This document shows positions 57,773 to 64,000 of a DNA stretch of 64,000 nucleotides, one piece after another. The stretch covers positions 70,429 through 134,428 of the IMG/VR virus record IMGVR_UViG_3300044624_002142, one strand, 5' to 3'. The notes under the pieces were generated by a model. It was not told where the DNA came from. It ran no database searches and worked only from the letters and a program-made list of their open reading frames with translations. The DNA comes from a virus. The translations under genes were made by a program, and so were the position numbers. The stretch's first letter is position 1. Every line of letters starts with the position of its first letter.

Positions 57773-59359
57773 TTAAACTGTTTTTTCTTTTAGATATTCA
57801 TCGTAATGTTGAGAACCTTGTTTTAGGTTATCAAATTTGTTGATCAACACAGTGTTGTCAACTGATGATTCACCGCCTTTTGCGTGAGCAAGTACGTGTC
57901 CTTTTACAAGAGTGTCAATTGACATAACATGTCCTGTAATTGCGTCCCGACCATCTTGACGAGCATACACGGTGAGTGCTTCTTTGTCAGAAATAGTACG
58001 ACGTTTATCTTTCAAAATGATTCCAAGATTCTTAAGTTGAGTTGGATCACTCACGATTGGTTCAAAAACCTTTTCCCATTCGTTAAAGATACCTTCCAAT
58101 TCATCTTTGTTACGATGTGCCTTACGAGTTTTGAGACCGTATGCGCTTTCAACTGGTCTTCCGGTTACAGGATCAATTTGAACCACCAATTTATTTTGTA
58201 CTGGATCAAATGTCTTTACCTGAGACAAATCAGAGTGAGTGAGCCAAAACCACATAAAGAACTTACGAGGATCTTCATATTCAACATCATTATTCTTCAA
58301 ATAGTATTTTTCAACGTGAAACAATAGAGAATACAAAGTGAACAATGTACCCTTGTTGAGAATCATACCCGAATTCCGCGTAACATCATTAAGTTGAACC
58401 ATAGTATGAATTAAACTCAAACGATCTTTAACAGTATTCAGTAGTTTACGGAAACTTCCTTCCTTAGAATATCGTTCATACATTGCATCCAATGATTGAA
58501 TTCCTACAGTAAAGTGTGTATTCTTGTCAAAGTCGTCCTCAAACAAACACAACTCAGCAAGAGTACGTTCCATTTCGTATCGACCGAAACTGATTTTAGT
58601 CCATCGTCCAACGTTTTTGCCAGAAGAAGATGTAATCACTTCAAACAAGGGATGCAACTTAAATGTTTTATGTGGTTCTGCATCGAAACGTGCGGTTTTA
58701 CGAATTGCTACACATGCTTCACCACCAAATGCGTTACGCATTTCTTGGTCATTCAATTTGGTCTTATTGTTAATCTTGCGGAAAATATCTGCAATTTCAT
58801 CAATAGGATAGTTGACGTATAGTGAAACGTCAAATGTGCGTTCAACAAGCACGTCTTCAAGATATGAGTCCAGTTCTGGATTATATTGTCGAAGGTTACT
58901 CAGTTCTTTCCATGTCAATCCTCCAATATTGAGAATCTTTCCATGATATGGAACTACAATGTCTTCATCAAGATGATATTTGCTGTCATCTTGAAAAAAG
59001 TCATAAATAGAACGAAGACGTTGACCGCCTTCTACCACTTGCAACTTTACATGTCCGGTGTCATCCATAACTTCACGAATATGAAGTTTATCAAAATGGC
59101 TAAATCCGTCTTTACCGAATAGGGTGGATACCCATTGTCTTCCAAACCCAGACCAACTTGTTACTTGAGCACGTTGATAATCTTCTGGGAATTCAAATGA
59201 TTTAGATTTGAATGTGTTGATGATATACTTTAACGAGTAATGTTTACGTTCAACACGTTTGTTTTGATTTTGAACAACAATTCCGGTTGTAATAACCTTG
59301 TCGATCTTTTCCTGCGTTTTTGAACCCTGAATAGGGGTTTTATACAATTTTTCTGTCAT
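57773..59359 (-). CDS. DUF262 (GmrS/ParB-like) + C-terminal HNH protein
   Basis: PEDYQR....W, VVEGGQRL.SI..F, IF..IN....LN.QE.RNA; C-terminal GHV.AH.KGG....N.V.I...N. Confidence 0.8.
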   Translation of the reverse strand: MTEKLYKTPIQGSKTQEKIDKVITTGIVVQNQNKRVERKHYSLKYIINTFKSKSFEFPEDYQRAQVTSWSGFGRQWVSTLFGKDGFSHFDKLHIREVMDDTGHVKLQVVEGGQRLRSIYDFFQDDSKYHLDEDIVVPYHGKILNIGGLTWKELSNLRQYNPELDSYLEDVLVERTFDVSLYVNYPIDEIADIFRKINNKTKLNDQEMRNAFGGEACVAIRKTARFDAEPHKTFKLHPLFEVITSSSGKNVGRWTKISFGRYEMERTLAELCLFEDDFDKNTHFTVGIQSLDAMYERYSKEGSFRKLLNTVKDRLSLIHTMVQLNDVTRNSGMILNKGTLFTLYSLLFHVEKYYLKNNDVEYEDPRKFFMWFWLTHSDLSQVKTFDPVQNKLVVQIDPVTGRPVESAYGLKTRKAHRNKDELEGIFNEWEKVFEPIVSDPTQLKNLGIILKDKRRTISDKEALTVYARQDGRDAITGHVMSIDTLVKGHVLAHAKGGESSVDNTVLINKFDNLKQGSQHYDEYLKEKTV

Positions 59360-59489
59360 ATGTTTATATCCTTTTCTAAGGACTAATATTGTATTCGTTT
59401 ATATAACTGTCTTGATCAATCACGTTAATCTCCGTTGACCAATTTTGTTATATCTGTAAGTACAACATCGTGTCCTCACATAAGATATA

Positions 59490-59708
59490 TCACACACATT
59501 CCTCAAGCACTTCTTTTTTTGTTGTTGTAGAATTTTTATTTTGATCGTAATACTTTTCCGCCTTTTCAATTACAGATTTAATAAAGTCATCTGTGAGTCC
59601 CGACGACTTTTTATTTGTGATATCTTCGGTGACAGCAACTTGCTTCCATTTTGGAAGTTTATTGAATTCTTCGTTGTAAATTGTCTTATAAATTTCTCGC
59701 ATTGTCAT
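59490..59708 (-). CDS. Hypothetical protein
   Basis: Co-directional ORF. Confidence 0.5.
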   Translation of the reverse strand: MTMREIYKTIYNEEFNKLPKWKQVAVTEDITNKKSSGLTDDFIKSVIEKAEKYYDQNKNSTTTKKEVLEECV

Positions 59709-59713
59709 ATTGA

Positions 59714-59965
59714 TTAAAAAGAGGTTGAAATTCGACTTGCATAACCCATGTTGCTTCCCTTGTTCATACGATAGGAAACCTTACTATAATTATCAAACGC
59801 TGCCTTGGTTGTCACAACAATACTTCCAGCAGTTTTGTGTCCGTAATGAACGTATCCATAAGGTTTCTTTTTTTGTGCAATACGTTCGCCACATGACAAA
59901 CATACCTTGAATCCGAGATTCAATCTTTCTTCGGGAATATAATTTCCACAGCCACAGTTTTTCAT
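59714..59965 (-). CDS. TraR/DksA-like C4 Zn-finger protein
   Basis: C.CG..IPEERL.......C..C; start at ATG 59965 downstream of the promoter. Confidence 0.6.
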   Translation of the reverse strand: MKNCGCGNYIPEERLNLGFKVCLSCGERIAQKKKPYGYVHYGHKTAGSIVVTTKAAFDNYSKVSYRMNKGSNMGYASRISTSF

Positions 59966-59974
59966 GATGTTTTT

Positions 59975-60002
59975 ATTATAATCACAAAGACCCAAATGTC
60001 AA
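59975..60002 (-). promoter_or_regulatory. Consensus sigma70 promoter TTGACA-16-TATAAT
   Basis: Exact consensus hexamers, 9 nt before ATG 59965. Confidence 0.7.
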
Positions 60003-60100
60003 CAATTTTGTAAAGGAGGTGTAAAATAAAAAACTAACAAGTAATTGAACCATATGTATCTTTGAACATCAGCGTCAAGCTGAACCACGAAAGGAAATTT

Positions 60101-60403
60101 ATGAAGTATGTTTTGTTAGTATTATTGACTGCAGTTGCTTTAAATGCCCAAGAAGGTCCAAAGGGTCAACCTCCCGGTGAAGGCCGTCCTCCACGCCCAA
60201 AATTGACAGAGGAACAAAAGAAACAACGTGATTCTATTGTTTCAAAGTATGACGCAAACAAGGATGGCAAATTGGATAAGGAAGAACGTCTCAAGGTCAG
60301 TGACGAAGATCGTAAGACTTTGAGAAGTTTTGGTCCACCTCCTGGCGGTCCAAGAGGTCCAAAGAAAGATGGTCCGCCACCAACTAAACCGAAGAAGCAT
60401 TAA
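60101..60403 (+). CDS. Secreted EF-hand, Pro/Gly-rich protein
   Basis: AAAGGA RBS, signal peptide MKYVLLVLLTAVALNA, YDANKDGKLDKEE loop. Confidence 0.7.
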   Translation: MKYVLLVLLTAVALNAQEGPKGQPPGEGRPPRPKLTEEQKKQRDSIVSKYDANKDGKLDKEERLKVSDEDRKTLRSFGPPPGGPRGPKKDGPPPTKPKKH

Positions 60404-60409
60404 ACAAAC

Positions 60410-60434
60410 AACCTCACTTTATAGTGGGGTTTTT
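60410..60434 (+). terminator. Intrinsic terminator between convergent genes
   Basis: AACCTCACT-TTAT-AGTGGGGTT-TTT hairpin. Confidence 0.6.
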
Positions 60435-60759
60435 ATCTATTACGTCTTCTCTTTTTTCTTGTGGGTTTCTTTTTATTACCGCTGACTTTTTCCAAGAACA
60501 TTTCGCTTACTATTTCTACTAATTTTAGACCTAAGAATCCTACGATGAAAGCAATACCATTTTGATGTTTAACATTGGTAATATTTAGAGTATCTACCAA
60601 TACAGGTGTTAAGAAATTAGCTGAAGCCATACCGCCTACCAATGATAATACTACAGATTTTACATCTGTTTTAGCTGCTTTTGTTGCCATCAATATTGCA
60701 CCGAATAAACCACTGAACAAGAATCCTATTTGTATACCGTATTTTTGTAATTGTTCCAT
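60433..60759 (-). CDS. Holin-like three-TM protein
   Basis: Three hydrophobic helices (SGLFGA, GGMASANFLTP, AFIVGFLGL) and strongly basic tail. Confidence 0.5.
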   Translation of the reverse strand: MEQLQKYGIQIGFLFSGLFGAILMATKAAKTDVKSVVLSLVGGMASANFLTPVLVDTLNITNVKHQNGIAFIVGFLGLKLVEIVSEMFLEKVSGNKKKPTRKKRRRNR

Positions 60760-60762
60760 ATG

Positions 60763-61395
60763 CTATTTCTTCCGGTTACTTTTTCTTTTTGTTTTTGTAA
60801 CGGATTTTATAACAGGTTTAATTTCGTGCTTTATTAGAACTATTAATCCTAATATTATGAAACTGAGTGTATATAAATATATGTTTAATAAAGTTAATTC
60901 ATCTTTAATAATAGTTTCTGAACTATCATTGATTAACGTTTTGAATGTTTGATTGTTATCATATATTCTTTTTTTGTACCCCAAGTATTTTTCACTGAAA
61001 AATGCTTTATTATCCATCTTTTCAAACGCTGCATTTTCTACATCTTTAGCCAAATCATTGCTAATATCCAATCCTTTTCTAAATTCTTTGGTTTCATCTT
61101 GGGTTAATAATTTAGATGTAAATACTTCTTCATTAAAGTATTTTTCTCGTTCTTTTAAATGGTCATTGAATTGATTGAGAAAATTCTTATCACCAGTGGT
61201 TGTATAAGCCGCACCTAAGTAAGTTAATAAATCAGTGGACTTACGCAAGTATAGTGTTATATCTCTGCCAAATCTAAATCTGGTATATCCATGTTCTATA
61301 TCTTTGATGCATGATATGGATAATATGGTAATAATTGCTACGGGTAATAATACAAACCATAGATAAGACTTTATTTTTGTAATAACAGTGTTCAT
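60763..61395 (-). CDS. Two-TM protein with chemoreceptor-like periplasmic helical domain and no cytoplasmic output domain
   Basis: STDLLT....AY..TGD..FL..F, SNDL...E..AF, FS.KY..YK..I; TMs at both ends. Confidence 0.5.
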   Translation of the reverse strand: MNTVITKIKSYLWFVLLPVAIITILSISCIKDIEHGYTRFRFGRDITLYLRKSTDLLTYLGAAYTTTGDKNFLNQFNDHLKEREKYFNEEVFTSKLLTQDETKEFRKGLDISNDLAKDVENAAFEKMDNKAFFSEKYLGYKKRIYDNNQTFKTLINDSSETIIKDELTLLNIYLYTLSFIILGLIVLIKHEIKPVIKSVTKTKRKSNRKK

Positions 61396-61415
61396 ATGTT
61401 ATTATATAAATATTA

Positions 61416-61448
61416 TAAAAAAATAAAACCCACTAAATTAATAGTGGG
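61416..61448 (-). terminator. Intrinsic terminator after RNA ligase
   Basis: CCCACTA-loop-TAGTGGG hairpin followed by T-rich run on minus strand. Confidence 0.65.
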
Positions 61449-61458
61449 GGGTATCGTT

Positions 61459-62565
61459 TTAGTTCTTCAATACTTGAAATAGTAACTTCTTATATTCTTC
61501 CTTGCCTAACGACTTACCATCAAGCAACTTGAACAAAAATGAAGCTCTATTAGTATTACCATAAGCTGAAATTACTTGTTCAGCCTGTAACTTACGAGTA
61601 GGTAGAGTCTTGAGTCTGTTATTCACAAAATCATTCATCCCACTCACAATTAGATCAACTTCCTTCTTGGCATCACAAATACGGCTAATCATGCCACGGC
61701 ACTGTTCAGCCAATTCGTAATCGAAGGTGGTAAAGATATAGTTATAGAAAGTCTGATAGTCAGGCATACCTTGTTCTAACCAGACATCTATAACCTTTTC
61801 TATATTGCTTAGCTCGCTCTTCATATGATGTAGAGCAAGATACCACGCACCCTTTACCTTGTGAAGCATTTGGTCATTCTTTGAATAAACAACTACACCT
61901 TCCTTACCTCTCCATTGGTCAACATCCTTTAACAGATCTTCAACACCAGAAAAAGTATAGGTAGGAGGGCGTTTGAGATGAAACTCATTAGCCATCTCAT
62001 TCAAACGGGATTGACACCACACAGAGTAGTGATCGTGATTTACCACGCCAACCAAATACCAGTCTGGTTCATCACCATAGTTCAACACAATCTTGTTGAT
62101 AGGACTAACCCACTCAAACAAAATAGAATAGTGCCAACTACCGTTTATATCGACGGGCAAACAAACATCAAGGGTCTTGAGAATAGTATTCTTGAACAGT
62201 TCCAACTCATGACCATTAGCCATAGTAGAAGCATCAACAGTTCCACGGGTACGTAGAATGTATTTGCCGTTATGCTTGCTAACAATCAACAATGAACCAT
62301 CAAGCTTTTCAACCACGGTACAATGATTCAACGAATTGGGAACTGGAAAGTGTTCAGGATTCTCGCCCCAGTTGGTAAACTTTGGAAAGCCTGCACTGAT
62401 AACTTCACCAGCATAATTCACAACCACACTACGCATGTGCTTGTTGTCTTGATGCCACTTGGTGCCGATATGTTGAGGTTGAATCAAATAAACAATTTCA
62501 CCATTAAGTGAATGTTCATGCACCATAAATTGTGAACGGTCTATAGTTGATATGTCTACGATCAT
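61459..62565 (-). CDS. T4 Rnl1-like RNA ligase
   Basis: FPKFTNWGE, VEKLDGSL, TRG, FEWVSP.N.IV..Y, EGVV, KVK..WY..LH. Confidence 0.88.
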   Translation of the reverse strand: MIVDISTIDRSQFMVHEHSLNGEIVYLIQPQHIGTKWHQDNKHMRSVVVNYAGEVISAGFPKFTNWGENPEHFPVPNSLNHCTVVEKLDGSLLIVSKHNGKYILRTRGTVDASTMANGHELELFKNTILKTLDVCLPVDINGSWHYSILFEWVSPINKIVLNYGDEPDWYLVGVVNHDHYSVWCQSRLNEMANEFHLKRPPTYTFSGVEDLLKDVDQWRGKEGVVVYSKNDQMLHKVKGAWYLALHHMKSELSNIEKVIDVWLEQGMPDYQTFYNYIFTTFDYELAEQCRGMISRICDAKKEVDLIVSGMNDFVNNRLKTLPTRKLQAEQVISAYGNTNRASFLFKLLDGKSLGKEEYKKLLFQVLKN

Positions 62566-63521
62566 ATTTTAATCTTACCACACATTTAAGTTTTGTCAAC
62601 TTCTTTTGAATCAATTTTCATCACACTCCTATTTATTAGTATGCATAACTTTTATACATATTTACTCATTGATCCACGTAACAATAAACCATTTTATGTC
62701 GGTAAGGGAACAAAAAGAAGAATGACTATTCATGAACGAAAAACAAAATTGGGCAAAATTCCAAATAACAACATTTATTTGTATAACAAAATTAAAAAAA
62801 TACTCAGCGGAGGATTAAACCTTAAATATAAGAAAGTAGTAAATAATGTTGAAGAGCATGTTGCTTTTTATTGGGAAAATCGTATTATTAGTTGCCTCCG
62901 TCAAAAGGGATATGATCTGTGCAATGTAGGGGATGGTGGCAAAGCTACTAAAGGCAATTTAGGTAAAAAATGGTCTCCCGAAAGTAAACAAAAAATGTCA
63001 GAAGCTAGAAAAGGATTTTTATCTTTACAGTGGTTTATAGAAAAACATGGCGTTGAGCAAGGCACTGAATTGTACAAAAAAAGAATTCATACGCTAAAAA
63101 AATCACAAGTTGGTAGAAAACCCGCAGCTCCAATAACTGAAGAAACAAGAAATAAGTTGGTTATTTCACATTTGGGCAAAAAACAGTCTTTGGAAACCAT
63201 AAAGAAACGAAGTAAATCAATGAAAGGAAAACTCAAAGGCTTCGTTCATACTGATGAGTTCAGAAAAAAAATTAGTATGGCTAAAAAAGGTATACCGTCT
63301 CCAATGAAAGGAAAAAAACATTCAATGAATAGCAGATTGCAAATGAAAAACTCCCATGTTAAAAACTATGTATTGGTGTCGCCGCAAGGAGAAGTTACCA
63401 ATATCATATGTTTGAAAGACTTTTGTAAGTTACATGGTCTTAACTATGGCAATATGTCAAGCATGGCGACGGGTAATAGAAAAAGTTGTCACGGTTGGGT
63501 ACGATATATTCCAATCCCATG
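62533..63521 (+). mobile_element. Homing-endonuclease cassette inserted at the 5' end of the RNA ligase gene
   Basis: Carries the GIY-YIG gene plus a second promoter and 11-codon rnl start; a homologous start lies at 63522-63588; boundaries approximate. Confidence 0.55.
62572..62599 (-). promoter_or_regulatory. sigma70-like promoter (TTGACA-16-TAAGAT), leaderless, drives RNA ligase
   Basis: TG extended -10, 6 nt before ATG 62565. Confidence 0.6.
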
Positions 63522-63522
63522 A
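62641..63522 (+). CDS. GIY-YIG homing endonuclease with NUMOD3 repeats
   Basis: FYTYLLIDPR...PFYVGKG...R...H, E...I, L.N...GG; repeats GKKWSPESKQKMSEA, HTDEFRKKISMA, GKKHS. Confidence 0.88.
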   Translation: MHNFYTYLLIDPRNNKPFYVGKGTKRRMTIHERKTKLGKIPNNNIYLYNKIKKILSGGLNLKYKKVVNNVEEHVAFYWENRIISCLRQKGYDLCNVGDGGKATKGNLGKKWSPESKQKMSEARKGFLSLQWFIEKHGVEQGTELYKKRIHTLKKSQVGRKPAAPITEETRNKLVISHLGKKQSLETIKKRSKSMKGKLKGFVHTDEFRKKISMAKKGIPSPMKGKKHSMNSRLQMKNSHVKNYVLVSPQGEVTNIICLKDFCKLHGLNYGNMSSMATGNRKSCHGWVRYIPIP

Positions 63523-63554
63523 GTGAGGTCAACCTTTTGAATGTCAATCTTCAT
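63489..63554 (-). pseudogene. Stranded original 5' end of the RNA ligase gene (MKIDIQKVDLT)
   Basis: Aligns with MIVDISTIDRS at the ligase start, then reads into the antisense strand of the endonuclease and stops after 21 aa. Confidence 0.55.
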
Positions 63555-63560
63555 TCAATC

Positions 63561-63588
63561 AATTTACCACGACTTTAAAGAAAGTCAA
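63561..63588 (-). promoter_or_regulatory. sigma70-like promoter (TTGACT-16-TAAATT), leaderless
   Basis: Same geometry and GTGGTAA as the 62572-62599 promoter; 6 nt before ATG 63554. Confidence 0.55.
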
Positions 63589-63999
63589 TCATAGAAAGGT
63601 TACATTTTCAAATCCAACGATACGACCACCCTTTGCATTAATATTATCACTAATCGTCACTTGATAAGTGTCTGGTCTAATTCCAGTAATGTAGAGGTTC
63701 TCATACTTACGAGAACCCTGTTTAGCATTAACTTTCTTACCAACTACATCATCTGAAATAGTCAAAAAATTTTCCTTAACCCATTGCTTCAACATTTCAT
63801 CTTCCAGAGACTTCTTGACATAGATCATATCATCCAAAATATCTACAAGTCCAGCATCTGGCTCAAGATAGATCTTAGATTTTAGATATTCTGCCAAATT
63901 ATAACCATCCAAGTCATATTCAAAGAGACAATTAAAAATGTCATCTTCATATGTCTCACGTGGCTCATCAGCAGTGATAGACTCATTCCATTTCTGGTA
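63589..63999 (-). CDS. Hypothetical protein, 5' end beyond the window
   Basis: Frame is open from 63999 (YQKWNESITADEPRETYEDD...) through the track ORF. Confidence 0.55.
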   Translation of the reverse strand, partial: YQKWNESITADEPRETYEDDIFNCLFEYDLDGYNLAEYLKSKIYLEPDAGLVDILDDMIYVKKSLEDEMLKQWVKENFLTISDDVVGKKVNAKQGSRKYENLYITGIRPDTYQVTISDNINAKGGRIVGFENVTFL

Positions 64000-64000
64000 G

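Noticed and set aside
59360-59489. Longest intergenic gaps (also 43198-43293 and 50216-50308) as tRNA or ncRNA
   Set aside because: No cloverleaf or T-loop motif and only weak hairpins (e.g. TGTCAC-cgtt-GTGACA at 50268-50283)
1-64000. Alternative genetic code (stop-codon reassignment)
   Set aside because: Long conserved genes translate intact with the standard bacterial code and coding density is high
1-64000. Bacterial LPS/capsule locus or eukaryotic giant virus origin
   Set aside because: gp43/gp45/gp44-like replication genes, Rnl1, homing endonucleases, ATGA-coupled operons and sigma70 promoters indicate a bacteriophage

Overview
AT-rich, gene-dense 64 kb segment of a large T4-like/jumbo tailed bacteriophage genome. 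It has a family B DNA polymerase, sliding clamp, clamp loader, SF2 helicase, dUTPase, thyA, DHFR, two RNA ligases, Pnk and homing endonucleases; I found no tRNA, rRNA or CRISPR array. About half the window (1-8877, 13743-21607, 24985-35901, gmd) encodes glycan biosynthesis and modification enzymes. Main observations: (i) an 8 kb island between polB and the clamp gene combining a form IV RuBisCO-like protein with two NTP-transferases, a HAD phosphatase, a cupin, a GDPD-like protein and two WavE-like paralogs; (ii) putative head-packaged polyproteins with a shared MxYKDFF..E N-terminus resembling the T4 capsid-targeting sequence, with [LIM]-x-E linkers between modules (ArdC/MPTase, SleB hydrolase, DUF5661-like); (iii) a GIY-YIG endonuclease inserted in the 5' end of an RNA ligase gene that supplies a replacement promoter and N-terminus while the original start remains on the other side; (iv) two promoter classes, leaderless sigma70-like and an ATATTTAT motif; (v) an internally deleted cysC remnant. 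All family assignments come from motif recognition by eye, not database searches.
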